64,000 nt of DNA. Source: Tepidisphaera sp. (GTDB lineage: Bacteria > Planctomycetota > Phycisphaerae > Phycisphaerales > UBA1924). Location: assembly GCA_050916045.1 (NCBI GenBank), contig CP051526.1:2112001-2176000 (forward strand), in the 5' to 3' direction. Shown here in pieces: positions 8,998-19,306 of this stretch (positions are counted from its first letter, which is position 1; every line of letters starts with the position of its first letter). The position numbers were made by a program, and so were the translations under genes. The notes beneath the pieces are model-generated. The model searched no databases, was not told the origin of the DNA, and worked only from the letters and a program-made list of their open reading frames with translations.

Positions 8998-10356
8998 ATG
9001 GATACTTTCGTCATCGAAGGCGGCCGCAGACTTTCAGGCCGCGTCCGCGTTTACGGGTCCAAGAACGCCGCCCTCCCGCTCACCGCGGCCGCCCTCTTGA
9101 CCGACCAGCCCGTCACCCTTCGAGACGTCCCCGACCTCGCCGACCTGCGCAACATGTACCGCCTCCTCGCGGAACTCGGCTGCGTCCGCACCTCTGAGCC
9201 GCCCGCCGAACAGCCCGGCGTTCTCCGTCTCCACACCCAGTCCACCAGCAACTCCCACGCCCGCTACGACCTGGTCAAGACCATGCGGGCCTCGATCTGC
9301 ACCCTGGGCCCCATGCTCGCCAAGCGCGGGTTCGCCCGAGTCTCCATGCCCGGCGGCTGCTCGATCGGCGACCGCCCGGTCGACCTCCACCTCCGCGGCC
9401 TCGCCGCTCTCGGTGCCGAGATCACCCTGACCGCCGGCGACATCACCGCCAAAGCCCCGCAGGGCGGCCTCCGCGGCGCCACCATCTTCCTCGGCGGCGC
9501 CTCAGGCTCCACCGTCCTCGGCACCGCCAACGTCATGTCCGCCGCCACCCTCGCCCGCGGCGTCACGATCATCGAGTCCGCTGCCTGCGAGCCCGAGATC
9601 GTCGACCTCGCCAACATGCTCAACGCCATGGGCGCCCGCATCCGCGGCCAGGGCTCCCCCCGCCTCATCATCGAGGGCGTCAAGGAACTCCACGGCGTCG
9701 AACACACCGTCATCCCCGACCGCATCGAAGCCGGCACCTTCATCCTCGCCGCCGCCATCACCAACGGCGACCTCATCCTCGACAACTGCCCGATGGACGC
9801 TCTCCTCGCGGTCGTCGACAAGCTCGCCGCTATGGGCGTCCGCATCGCCACGGTCCCCAGCGCCCCGGGCGTCCCCCCCGCCATCGACCCCATGCGGGCT
9901 TCCGTCCGAGTCACCTGCGACCGCGTGCTCAAGCCCGTCGAGGTCACCACCCAGCCGCACCCCGGCTTCCCCACCGACATCCAGGCTCAGCTCATGGCGA
10001 CCCTCACGCTCGCGGACGGCAACTCCGTCATCACCGAGCGCATCTTCCCCGAGCGATTCCTCCACGTCGCCGAGCTCTCACGCATGGGCGCCAAGATCTA
10101 CCGCCAGGGCCCGACCGTCATCATCTCCGGCGTCAAGCGGCTCATCGGCGCCCCGGTCATGGCTTCCGACCTCCGCGCCTCCGCGTGCCTCGTCCTCGCG
10201 GGCATGGCCGCCGAGGGCACGACCGTCATCCACCGCGTCTATCACCTCGACCGCGGCTACGAACGAATGGAGGACCGCCTCAATTCCGTCGGAGCGATCA
10301 TCAAGCGGGTCGATGACAAAGACCTGCCCCCCGACTCCCGTATCGCGGAAGGCTAA
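8998..10356 (+). CDS. murA: UDP-N-acetylglucosamine 1-carboxyvinyltransferase
   Basis: GSKNAALP, MRAS, PGGCSIGDRPVDLH (catalytic Cys present), PDRIEAGT, PGFPTD, DLRAS, HLDRGYE. Confidence 0.97.
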   Translation: MDTFVIEGGRRLSGRVRVYGSKNAALPLTAAALLTDQPVTLRDVPDLADLRNMYRLLAELGCVRTSEPPAEQPGVLRLHTQSTSNSHARYDLVKTMRASICTLGPMLAKRGFARVSMPGGCSIGDRPVDLHLRGLAALGAEITLTAGDITAKAPQGGLRGATIFLGGASGSTVLGTANVMSAATLARGVTIIESAACEPEIVDLANMLNAMGARIRGQGSPRLIIEGVKELHGVEHTVIPDRIEAGTFILAAAITNGDLILDNCPMDALLAVVDKLAAMGVRIATVPSAPGVPPAIDPMRASVRVTCDRVLKPVEVTTQPHPGFPTDIQAQLMATLTLADGNSVITERIFPERFLHVAELSRMGAKIYRQGPTVIISGVKRLIGAPVMASDLRASACLVLAGMAAEGTTVIHRVYHLDRGYERMEDRLNSVGAIIKRVDDKDLPPDSRIAEG

Positions 10357-10582
10357 AGCCGCTTTCCCATCTTGACATGGGGCGGCCGAATCCCGCCGTT
10401 GGCAACCGTCTGTAACAATGCTTCACGGCATGGTTTCGTCTGCTATCTCGCGATTTTCGCTGTAATTTCGTTACACCAAACGAATCGGGTAGCGATAGAC
10501 GCAATCTCGGGTAGAGTGATTGAATACCGCGCTTTCGGGCTTGGTTTCGTCCGTAGCGAGCGGTTTCAAAGGAGTCTGTCCC

Positions 10583-11242
10583 ATGTCTTTCAAAGCACTC
10601 ATTCCCGCCCTCGCTGTTCTCGCCACCGCTGGTTCTTCCGTCGCCGGCACCAACTTCCTCAACAACGCCAGCTTCGAGAATCCCCTCGGCTTTGACTTCT
10701 CCAACCCCTCCAACTGGAACGGCTTCTTCGGCGGTCCCGCCGGCACGTTCCTTCAGGCCTTCAACGACACCGGCGCTGCGGCCCGCTCCGGCGACCGCGC
10801 CCTCGTCACGACGATCCGCGGCGTCCCCGGCGTGACCAACGGCTTCAACGCCTTCACGGGCCACGTTCAGATCGTGACCGGCCTCACCGCCGGCTCGAGC
10901 TACGAACTCTCCGTTTGGGCGCGTGGCAACCCCACCGTGCTCGACGGCGCTGAGTACCGCATCGAGTGGCAGAACGCCTCTGGTGTCGAGATCAGCCGCG
11001 TCAACACCGAAATCCACCCCTTCCTCACCGGCGACTACCAGCGCTTCGCGATCACCGCCGTGGCCCCCGAGGGTGCGACCCGCGCGGCCGTCGTCTTCGC
11101 CGTTCAGAGCTTCTTCAACACCGGCAACATCGCTGACACCAGCGTCGCCTGGGACGATGCGAGCTTGACGGTGATCCCCGCTCCGGCCTCCCTCGGCCTG
11201 CTCGCGATGGCCGGCCTGACCGGCCTCCGCCGCCGCCGCTAA
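10583..11242 (+). CDS. Secreted PEP-CTERM-like protein with a carbohydrate-binding-module-like domain
   Basis: Signal peptide. NFLNNASFE N-terminal motif typical of CBM4/9-like jelly rolls. C-terminus IPAPASLGLLAMAGLTGLRRRR. SD AAGGAG. Confidence 0.85.
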   Translation: MSFKALIPALAVLATAGSSVAGTNFLNNASFENPLGFDFSNPSNWNGFFGGPAGTFLQAFNDTGAAARSGDRALVTTIRGVPGVTNGFNAFTGHVQIVTGLTAGSSYELSVWARGNPTVLDGAEYRIEWQNASGVEISRVNTEIHPFLTGDYQRFAITAVAPEGATRAAVVFAVQSFFNTGNIADTSVAWDDASLTVIPAPASLGLLAMAGLTGLRRRR

Positions 11243-11274
11243 GCGGTCCTCCGCCGTCCATCCGAATTCCGACG

Positions 11275-11305
11275 AGCCTCACGCGCAAGCGTGAGGCTTT
11301 TTCTT
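11275..11305 (+). terminator. Rho-independent terminator
   Basis: AGCCTCACGC-GCAA-GCGTGAGGCT followed by a T tract. Confidence 0.85.
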
Positions 11306-11433
11306 GGCGGTCTGATCGCCGACCCGGCTCCGTCGCTTCGGGCTTGGCACCCCCTTCGGGGCCGAAAGGACGAGCACATTCAAGGTCCGAAATCCCACTT
11401 CCCGAACGGGTCCCCACCTATACTTGCCGCAGC

Positions 11434-14166
11434 ATGGCAAACCACGAAAATCCCGCTTCCAACGACCCGATCTCGGCGGCTTCCGACCTCGCGGCTGGAG
11501 TCGGTGGCGGCCGCATCGTCGATCAGGACATCCAGAAGGAACTCCAGGATTCCTACCTCACCTACGCCATGTCGACGATCATGGACCGGGCGCTCCCCGA
11601 TGTCCGCGACGGCATGAAGCCAAGCCAGCGGCGCATCCTTTGGGGCATGCACGAGCTCAACCTGCGCCCCGGCCGCAAGCACAGCAAGTGCGCCAAGATC
11701 GTCGGCGAAGTGATGGGCAATTACCACCCGCACGGCGACGCCGCGCTGTACGGCACGCTCGTGTTCATGGCTCAGACGTGGCGCTCGCGCGTCCCGATGG
11801 TCGACCCGCAGGGAAACTTCGGCTCCATCCTCGGCGACCCCCCCGCCGCCATGCGGTACACCGAAGCACGCATGCACGCCGCCGCCGTCGACATGCTTGA
11901 AGACGTCAAGCTCGACGGCGTCATCATGCAGCCCAACTACAGCAACGAGCGGATCGAGCCGACCGTGCTGCCAGCCCGCTTCCCGTACCTGCTCATCAAC
12001 GGCGGCGTCGGCATCGCCGTCGGCATGGCGACCTGCCTCGCGCCCCACAACCCCACCGAGATCTTCGACGCGATCATCCGCACCATCGACAACCCCGCCA
12101 TCACCGTCGGCGAGCTCATGCAGGACGTCGTCGATGCCGAGGGCAAGGTCGTCCGCATGGGCGTCAGAGGCCCGGATTTCCCCACCGGCGGCGTGGTGCT
12201 CGGCCGACGCGGCATCGTCGACGCTTACACCACCGGCCGCGGCAAAGTGACCCTTCGCGGCACCTGCCACGTCGAGAAGGTCGACGCCAAGGGCGACCGC
12301 GACATGATCGTGATCGACTCGATCCCCTACATGGTCGGCCAGACGGCTCTGGTCGAAAAGATCGTCGACGCCGTGAACGACGACAAGATCCAGGACATCT
12401 CGTACGTCAACGACGAGTCCAACCGCGAGACGCAGACCAAGATCGTCATCCACCTCAAGAAGGGCGCCGACCCGCGCGTCGTCGAGAAGCAGCTCTACGA
12501 GTTCACGCCCCTCCAGGAATCCTTCAGCATCAACAACCTCGCGCTGGTCAACCGCCAGCCGCGCACGCTCGGCCTCCGCGACATGATCGACTGCTACATC
12601 GATCACCGCCGCGACGTCATCCGCCGCCGCACGACCTACCTCCTCCGCGAAGCCAAGAAACGCGCCCACGTCCTGGAAGGCATGATCTACGCCGTCTGCG
12701 ACATCGACGAGGTCATCCGCATCATCCGCGCCAGCAAGACCCGCGAGGAAGCCATCTCCCGCCTCATGGAGAAACGCTTCCAGATCCCCGCGTCGCACCC
12801 GCACGCCGCCAAGCTCCCGCCCCGCCTCCTCGCCCGCATCGGCGCCGCCGAGGGCGGCCTCCTCCTCTCGCGCATCCAAGCCGAGACCATCGGCGGCATG
12901 CGGCTCATCCAGCTCGTCGGCCTCGAGATCGAGAAGCTCATCGCCGAGTACAAGACCGTCGACGCCGAGATCACCGACCTCGAAAGCATCCTCGCCTCCG
13001 ACGCCCGCGTCCTCGCCATCGCCAAGGACGACTGCCTCGCGATGCGCGAGAAGCACGCTTCCCCCCGCCGCACGCAGATCGACGACGCCGACGTCGACAT
13101 CGATATCGCCGAACTCATCCCCGTGCAGGAGGTCGCCCTCACCATCAGCCGCGACGGGTACGCCAAACGCGTCCCGCTCGACACCTACCGCCAGCAGGGC
13201 CGCGGCGGCAAGGGCGTCAAAGCCGGCGAAACCAAGGACGAGGATTTCCTCGAGCACCTGTTCGTCGCGAGCACGCACGATGACCTCCTGTGTTTCACCG
13301 ACACGGGCCGCGTTTTCAAGATGAAGGTCTTCGAGGTCCCCGAGATGGGCCGGACCAGCAAGGGTCGGGCTCTCATCAACCTGCTCGACCTCAAGGGCGG
13401 CGGTTCCGACTCCGGCCCCGGCGAGAAGTGTCGAGCGTTCCTCGCGGTCAAGAACTTCGAGGAAGGCTCCGAGTTCCTCACCTTCGTCTCCCGCCAGGGC
13501 ATCGTCAAGCGCACCGCCCTCAAGGAATACCGCAACGTCAACAAGAGCGGCTTGATCGCCGTCGGCCTCAAGGAGGGCGACGCACTCCTCGACGTCACGC
13601 TCACCCGCGGCAGCGATGACATCCTCATCGCGACCGCCAACGGCATGGCGATCCGCTTCAACGAGCAGGACGCCCGCCTCATGGGCCGCTCCGCCGCCGG
13701 CGTCAAGGGCATCGAGCTCGAGGATGGCGATGAGGTCGTCGGCGTGATCTCGATCCCGATGACCCCCGCCGCCACTCCCGAAGCCGAGGGCACCACCGCC
13801 GACCCCACCGTCTGCCTGCTCACCATCACCGAGAACGGCTACGGCAAACGTACCCCCGTCGACGAATACCGCGTCCAGTCCGAGGACGGCTCCATGCGAT
13901 CCCAAAGCCGCGGCGGCAAGGGCCGCATCGACATCAAGACCTCCGACCGCAACGGCAAAGCCGTCGCCGCCCTGGGCGTCCACGCTACCGACGGCGTCAT
14001 GGTCATCAGCAAAGGCGGCCAGATCGTCCGCACCGCCGCCGGCGAGATCCGCGAAACCGGCCGCAACGCCCAGGGCGTCCGCGTCGTCAGCCTTGACGAA
14101 GGCGACGTCGTGATCGCCGCGGCACGGATCGTGGAATCCGGCACGGAAGCCCAGGCGTCGATCTGA
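11434..14166 (+). CDS. gyrA: DNA gyrase subunit A
   Basis: RALPDVRDG, YHPHGD, AAMRYTE (catalytic Tyr), GyrA-box QGRGGKG, beta-pinwheel repeats. Confidence 0.96.
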   Translation: MANHENPASNDPISAASDLAAGVGGGRIVDQDIQKELQDSYLTYAMSTIMDRALPDVRDGMKPSQRRILWGMHELNLRPGRKHSKCAKIVGEVMGNYHPHGDAALYGTLVFMAQTWRSRVPMVDPQGNFGSILGDPPAAMRYTEARMHAAAVDMLEDVKLDGVIMQPNYSNERIEPTVLPARFPYLLINGGVGIAVGMATCLAPHNPTEIFDAIIRTIDNPAITVGELMQDVVDAEGKVVRMGVRGPDFPTGGVVLGRRGIVDAYTTGRGKVTLRGTCHVEKVDAKGDRDMIVIDSIPYMVGQTALVEKIVDAVNDDKIQDISYVNDESNRETQTKIVIHLKKGADPRVVEKQLYEFTPLQESFSINNLALVNRQPRTLGLRDMIDCYIDHRRDVIRRRTTYLLREAKKRAHVLEGMIYAVCDIDEVIRIIRASKTREEAISRLMEKRFQIPASHPHAAKLPPRLLARIGAAEGGLLLSRIQAETIGGMRLIQLVGLEIEKLIAEYKTVDAEITDLESILASDARVLAIAKDDCLAMREKHASPRRTQIDDADVDIDIAELIPVQEVALTISRDGYAKRVPLDTYRQQGRGGKGVKAGETKDEDFLEHLFVASTHDDLLCFTDTGRVFKMKVFEVPEMGRTSKGRALINLLDLKGGGSDSGPGEKCRAFLAVKNFEEGSEFLTFVSRQGIVKRTALKEYRNVNKSGLIAVGLKEGDALLDVTLTRGSDDILIATANGMAIRFNEQDARLMGRSAAGVKGIELEDGDEVVGVISIPMTPAATPEAEGTTADPTVCLLTITENGYGKRTPVDEYRVQSEDGSMRSQSRGGKGRIDIKTSDRNGKAVAALGVHATDGVMVISKGGQIVRTAAGEIRETGRNAQGVRVVSLDEGDVVIAAARIVESGTEAQASI

Positions 14167-14190
14167 CGATTTGTGTTCTGAGAATTGTCA

Positions 14191-14562
14191 ATGGAGATTC
14201 GCGACCTGTTCAGACGGATGCAGTCAGCTGCGTGGCCGCACAAGGACGTGACCGCCGCGCAGATGATCGCGCTGACGGAAACACCCACGCTTGCGTTTGG
14301 AGATCTCGGTCGGGATGCAGCTCACCTCGTTCAGACTGATGTACGCTCGCTGATCCGAATCCTCGACGAAGCAGAGTCCGCCTTTGGAATTTCGGGCATC
14401 GCCGATTCGTGTATCGCGACCGGCTTTCTCGATTCGCTTTCCACCACAAGTATGAAGGCGGGCAGTTGGCAGGTCGTGCGCGATTTGCTTCCCCCGCGAT
14501 GCCGCGCGTACCTGAAGGCCCTCAGCGACTTTCATGGCGAGGGCGCCTTCGTAGACACGTGA
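14191..14562 (+). CDS. Small hypothetical protein
   Basis: ORF fills the gap between gyrA and a convergent regulator gene. More A/T-ending codons than its neighbours. Confidence 0.5.
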   Translation: MEIRDLFRRMQSAAWPHKDVTAAQMIALTETPTLAFGDLGRDAAHLVQTDVRSLIRILDEAESAFGISGIADSCIATGFLDSLSTTSMKAGSWQVVRDLLPPRCRAYLKALSDFHGEGAFVDT

Positions 14563-14574
14563 TGATCGACCCCC

Positions 14575-15219
14575 TCAAAACCCCGCCGACCCCAGCCACT
14601 CGCTCGGCCGTTCCTGCAGCGCCGTCGCGATTGCCGCCAGCGATTCCAAGCTCGGCAGGTGGGCTCCGCGTTCGATCGAGCTGAGCTGGCTCACGCTCAC
14701 GTTCGTCGCTTCGCTCAGTTCCTTGAGCGTCCAGCCCCGCTCCGTCCGCGCCAGCCGGATCTGCCGCCCCAGGCTCTGCCTGAGCCGGTCCAGCGGCCTG
14801 CTCCCAAGGTCAAACGCCGCCACCGCCTGCCAGATGCACCGCCGAAGCTCCTCCGTCGAAAACGGCTTGGCGAGATAGTCGAACACATCCTGCTTGAACG
14901 TCTCCCGCATGCTGTCCATCGACGGATACCCGGTCACGACGATGACGCAGAGCGTCCGCCACCGCGCCCGGATCTCCTTCAGCATCTCCGCGCCCGACCA
15001 GCGACCCATGTTCATGTCCAGAAGCACGATGTCTGGAAGCCGCTCGCTCGCCGCCGCGAAGAACTCGTCCGGACCCGCCGCCGTCCGCACCTCGTGCCCG
15101 TCTCCCTCCAGAACCGACCGGATGTACTGCCGAAAGTCCGCATCGTCATCCACCGCGATGATCGAAAGCGAAGGCGGGGACTCGTGCTTGCTCGGGACGG
15201 TTTCGTGCGGATCGGCCAT
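14575..15219 (-). CDS. Response regulator with C-terminal XRE-type HTH
   Basis: REC motifs AVDDD, LLDMNM, VTGY and LAKP. HTH RLARTERGWTLKELSEATNVSVSQLSSIERGAHLPSL. Confidence 0.9.
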   Translation of the reverse strand: MADPHETVPSKHESPPSLSIIAVDDDADFRQYIRSVLEGDGHEVRTAAGPDEFFAAASERLPDIVLLDMNMGRWSGAEMLKEIRARWRTLCVIVVTGYPSMDSMRETFKQDVFDYLAKPFSTEELRRCIWQAVAAFDLGSRPLDRLRQSLGRQIRLARTERGWTLKELSEATNVSVSQLSSIERGAHLPSLESLAAIATALQERPSEWLGSAGF

Positions 15220-15225
15220 GAATGT

Positions 15226-16854
15226 TCACTCCGTGACGGGGGAGGATACCGCGGAGTTCTCTTGAGCGCCGGCGGGCAGCATCACCTCAAACTCGGCTCC
15301 GCCGGCGGAGTTCTCCCGCGAACTCGCCAGGTTTCGAGCCAGAATCACCCCGCCGTGCTCGCGAACGATCCCCTCGGCGACCGCCAAACCCAGCCCGGTC
15401 CCCCGCGAGTCCAACCGCGTGCTCGCGAACGGCTCGAACAGCTTCGGAAGCACCGTCGGATCAATCCCCGGCCCGTTGTCGCGTACCGAGACCGCTACCC
15501 AGTCCCGACCCTCGCGACGGCTTGTGGAAGCCAGAACCGTGATCGTCGGAGCTCCCGGCCCAAACGACAGATGCTCCGTCAGCGCGTTGCACGCGTTCCG
15601 CACAAGGTTCACGAAGACCTGCACCATCCGGTCCGCATCGCACTCAACCGCCAGTTCCGCCGGAATCTGGTTCTCGAAGCGCACCCGCTCCGCCCCCCCA
15701 CTCCCCACCCCGCCGCTCACCCCCGCATCCAGGCGCACCAGCGTGATCGCTTCTTCGACCACCTCCCGCAGGAACGCTCTCCGCGTCCGCGGCTGCCGCG
15801 CCCGCGCGAAATCAAGCAAGCTGTCGCCCAGCCGCTCAAGCCGCTCGACCACGCGCAGCATCAGCGCCGCCGACGCCGGATCCAGACCCGCTCCCGGGTC
15901 ACGGTTCAGCCGCTCGACAAGCCCCTTCAGCACCGTCAGCGGCGTGTTCAGTTCGTGCGCCACGCCCGCCGACATCATCCCCAAGCTCGCGAGCCGGTCC
16001 GCATCCGCCAGGTTCCGCCGTGCCGTCTCGAGCAGATGGTTCTTCCGCTTGAGGTCGTTGGCGACTTCCTCAAGCTGCGAGAGCGCCCGGGCAAGCTGAG
16101 CTTCCTGCGTCCGAAGCGCGATCACCGACTCGTTGCGGCTCCGCATGATCTCGCCAAGCTCATCGCTCGGGATCGACGCTTCCGCGATCAGTTCCGCGTT
16201 GATCCGACCCTCCCGCAGCGCTCGGTCCGCATCCAGCATCGTCTCAATCGGCCCGTACACCGCTTGCGGCAACACGAAAAGCTCGATCGTCACCGCGATG
16301 AACACGTACACGCCGATCAGCGCGAACACCGTCAGCACGAAAAGCCTGTTCACCGCGTCGCGAGCCTCACGCCGCACCACTGAGATCACGACGTACCGCG
16401 TCGGCTGCCCCGGTGCGACCACCGCAAGCACCGCCGCTCCGCCATCCTCCACCAAGGGCGGCCCCTTGCCCGACGGGATCGTCAGCGGGATCGGCGCCGC
16501 CGATTCCGCCGCTTGCGCAATCGCGCTCTCAAGGCCGATCTCTTCCGATGTCCCCTTCGCGATCGTCACACCCTCCACCGCCCCCAGGAGCAGCTCAGCG
16601 TCCATCACCGACACGCTGGACTTACCCGTCGACGCGTCCGCGATCGCCTGCATCAGCGTCAGCGCCTCGCCCGTCTCCGCCCGATCCACGACCTCCGTCA
16701 CCGCCGGACGAAGCCCCACGATCAAAAGCAGCAAAAGCCCGAGCGAAAAGACCGTGTGCAGCACGATCAGCTTCTTGCGGATCCGAAGCCCGGCCAAAAG
16801 GCCGCGCCGACGCGGAAGTGACGCCGGCTTCTTCATCGATCCTGTCTCGGGCAT
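15226..16854 (-). CDS. Membrane sensor histidine kinase (2 TM, HAMP, HisKA, HATPase)
   Basis: H-box GVAHELNTPL, N-box QVFVNLVRNA, DNGPGI, GTGLGL, HAMP-like DELGEI. Start could also be 16836. Confidence 0.9.
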   Translation of the reverse strand: MPETGSMKKPASLPRRRGLLAGLRIRKKLIVLHTVFSLGLLLLLIVGLRPAVTEVVDRAETGEALTLMQAIADASTGKSSVSVMDAELLLGAVEGVTIAKGTSEEIGLESAIAQAAESAAPIPLTIPSGKGPPLVEDGGAAVLAVVAPGQPTRYVVISVVRREARDAVNRLFVLTVFALIGVYVFIAVTIELFVLPQAVYGPIETMLDADRALREGRINAELIAEASIPSDELGEIMRSRNESVIALRTQEAQLARALSQLEEVANDLKRKNHLLETARRNLADADRLASLGMMSAGVAHELNTPLTVLKGLVERLNRDPGAGLDPASAALMLRVVERLERLGDSLLDFARARQPRTRRAFLREVVEEAITLVRLDAGVSGGVGSGGAERVRFENQIPAELAVECDADRMVQVFVNLVRNACNALTEHLSFGPGAPTITVLASTSRREGRDWVAVSVRDNGPGIDPTVLPKLFEPFASTRLDSRGTGLGLAVAEGIVREHGGVILARNLASSRENSAGGAEFEVMLPAGAQENSAVSSPVTE

Positions 16855-16920
16855 CCAGCATTCTTGGCTCCCCGACGCCGCGAGAATCGCCCCCACGCGA
16901 CGGACTACCCTCGTGCGAGC

Positions 16921-18474
16921 ATGCACCAAGGCCCCCGCCCGCCATCAAGCCACCCCGCCAAACCCGCGTTCAGCCCGCGCACCGGCAAACCCGCTGGCAA
17001 ACCCGCCGGCAGACCCCCCGGCGGCCCCGGCGCGATGAACCCGCACGCTCCCAGCACCTCCCACCCCGACGCCCGCAAAGCCGTCACCGGCGACAAGCCC
17101 CGCGACCTCGTCTGCCAGCGCCTCGCCCAGCAGGCCCGCCGCTTCCCCGACCTCGACCCCACCGGGTTTGACGCCCGCCTCGAGCCCCGCGACGCCGCGT
17201 TCGCCCACGCCATCTACGACGCCGTCATCCGCCGCTGGCTCACCCTCGAGGTCCTCGTCCGCTCGCGCATGGACAAGCCCAACTTGCCGCTCGACATCGG
17301 CGTGCAAGCGGCTCTCCTCTCCGGCGCCGCCCAGATCGTCTTCCTCGACCGCGTTCCCACCCACGCCGTGATCAACCACTGCGTCGAATGGGTCAAGATC
17401 GCCGTCAACGCCCGTGCCGGCGGACTGGTGAACGCTCTCCTCCGCCGCGTCGGTGAACTGATGGCCAGCGCCACCAACGTCGACGAGTACACGATCGCCC
17501 ACGATGAGATCCCCATGGAAGACGGCGGCGCCATCCGCTTGCCCGCTCCGGTCTTCCGCGGCGACCCCTCGCAGCGCCTCGCAGCCGCCACAAGCCACCC
17601 GCCCGCGTACATCCGGGCTCTCACGACCCACTTCGGCCCCGACGTCGCGAAAAAGCTCGCGCTGCACAGCCTCGTTCGCCCGCCAACCGTCCTCTGCACG
17701 CACTACGCCAAAGCGCTCGCCGATCCCGGCCTCGCCCCGCACGCGTCCCAAGCCCACCGCGTCTGGACCGGCGACCGCCCCTCGATGCTCACGCTCCTCG
17801 AGCGCGAACGCCTCGTCTGGGTGCAGGACGCTTCGTCATCACGAGCGGTCCTCGGCCTGGCGGCCAGGCTGACGGCCCTGGGCAAGTCCCCGCGCGTGAT
17901 CGTCGACCTCTGCGCCGGTCAGGGCACCAAAACCCGCCAGCTTTCCGCTGAGTTTCCCGGTGCGGTCATCCTCGCATCCGACACCGATGAGGACCGGCTC
18001 AAGACACTCCGCGCCGGCGCTATGACCACCGGCGGCCGCATCCAAGCCGCCGCGTACGAGGACGTCCCCGCCGTCGTCCGCGAGCTCTCACGCGGCTACG
18101 GAGCCGACCTCGTCCTGCTCGACGTCCCCTGCAGCAACGCCGGCACGCTCGCCCGCCGCCCCGAAGCCAAGTACCGCCTGGCTTCCGATCAGATGGTCCG
18201 CTTGGTCCCGCTCCAGCGTGAGATCATCGCCAAGGGAACCTCGCTCCTCTCCCCCGAGGGCATGCTCGTCTATTCGACCTGCAGCATCGATCCGGCGGAG
18301 AACCACGACCAAGCCGAATGGGCCGCAAGCCCCGACGGTCCCGGCCTCAAGCTTCTCGATGAGGAGCAGACGCTCCCTTCCGGCACGCCCGGCGACCCGG
18401 CCTCGGCGTACGGCGACGGCTCGTACTTCGCGCTCCTGAGCCGCACCCAACCCGCGCCCCCCGCTACTCCTTGA
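16921..18474 (+). CDS. rsmB: RsmB/Sun-family RNA m5C methyltransferase with N-terminal NusB-like domain
   Basis: VPTHAVIN...GLVNALLR (NusB-like). VQDASS, DLCAGQGTKT, LLDVPCS, VYSTCS. Start 16921 or 17035. Confidence 0.8.
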   Translation: MHQGPRPPSSHPAKPAFSPRTGKPAGKPAGRPPGGPGAMNPHAPSTSHPDARKAVTGDKPRDLVCQRLAQQARRFPDLDPTGFDARLEPRDAAFAHAIYDAVIRRWLTLEVLVRSRMDKPNLPLDIGVQAALLSGAAQIVFLDRVPTHAVINHCVEWVKIAVNARAGGLVNALLRRVGELMASATNVDEYTIAHDEIPMEDGGAIRLPAPVFRGDPSQRLAAATSHPPAYIRALTTHFGPDVAKKLALHSLVRPPTVLCTHYAKALADPGLAPHASQAHRVWTGDRPSMLTLLERERLVWVQDASSSRAVLGLAARLTALGKSPRVIVDLCAGQGTKTRQLSAEFPGAVILASDTDEDRLKTLRAGAMTTGGRIQAAAYEDVPAVVRELSRGYGADLVLLDVPCSNAGTLARRPEAKYRLASDQMVRLVPLQREIIAKGTSLLSPEGMLVYSTCSIDPAENHDQAEWAASPDGPGLKLLDEEQTLPSGTPGDPASAYGDGSYFALLSRTQPAPPATP

Positions 18475-19306
18475 GCTTCTTGATCTCGTCCCGCAACCGG
18501 GCCGCTTCCTCGTAGTCTTCCTTCGCGATGGCTTCCTCAAGCTGCTGCTTCAGCTCGGCTTTGCGCCCCTTGGCGGTCTTGGGCGCGGGCTCCTTCACGG
18601 GGAGTTTGGGCGCAAGGCTGTCTCGCATCTGCCGGAGCATCTGAACTTCCTGCGACTGCTCGAGCCCCGCGGGGTCGCCAAGGTCCGCATACGCCCGCCG
18701 CACCAGGTCGATGCCCTGGTCGATCGCGAACATCGCCGCGCTCGCTTCCCCGTCCTTGATCATCTGGCTGGCGAGCGCACGCGTCCGGACCATGAGCACA
18801 TACGGCCGATATTGCTCGAGAGCCTGGCGGTCCTCTTCGGTCTCCGCGTGGTCGCGGCACAGGTCAAAGACGCGCAGGTTCCGAGTCGTATCTCGGACCA
18901 CGCCGTCGAAGTCCTCAAGCACCAGGAGCGCCATGTACCGGTGGTAGTACTGCAGCGCTTCGTCCCGGATCGCGGAACACTCGTCGGACGAAAGCTTGAG
19001 CCTCTCGGCTTCCGGCTGCTCGGCCGAGTCTTCCATCGCGGCTTCGTAGTACTCGAGGAGCGACTCGTGCTCGTGGGGCCGCTCGCCATCGGGCCGGCCG
19101 TCCGCGAACATCTGAAGAATGCCCAGATCCAGCCGGATCTGGATCCGACCTTCGCCGTCATCGCCCAGAAATTGTCGGACGTTGGGCTGTCCGGGAACAA
19201 AGGGCCATCGCGCGAAGAGCGGTGACAGATCGTCCGAGAGGTTCTCCGACTGGTCTTTGTTCGGTTTTTTCTGCAATTTTGGCCTCGGATCAAGCCTAGG
19301 ACGCAC
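18464..19306 (-). CDS. Conserved hypothetical protein with C-terminal UVR (UvrB/UvrC) motif
   Basis: C-terminal LKQQLEEAIAKEDYEEAARLRDEIKKL. N-terminal IQIRLDLGILQM..GRPDG. Start uncertain. Confidence 0.75.
   Translation of the reverse strand: MRPRLDPRPKLQKKPNKDQSENLSDDLSPLFARWPFVPGQPNVRQFLGDDGEGRIQIRLDLGILQMFADGRPDGERPHEHESLLEYYEAAMEDSAEQPEAERLKLSSDECSAIRDEALQYYHRYMALLVLEDFDGVVRDTTRNLRVFDLCRDHAETEEDRQALEQYRPYVLMVRTRALASQMIKDGEASAAMFAIDQGIDLVRRAYADLGDPAGLEQSQEVQMLRQMRDSLAPKLPVKEPAPKTAKGRKAELKQQLEEAIAKEDYEEAARLRDEIKKLKE

Noticed and set aside
11380..13983. Long antisense ORFs (also 1966..4266, 3866..5926, 19331..20173, 42098..44566, 45507..47387, 47809..50886)
   Set aside because: These are shadow ORFs expected opposite real genes in high-GC DNA, with no motifs of their own.
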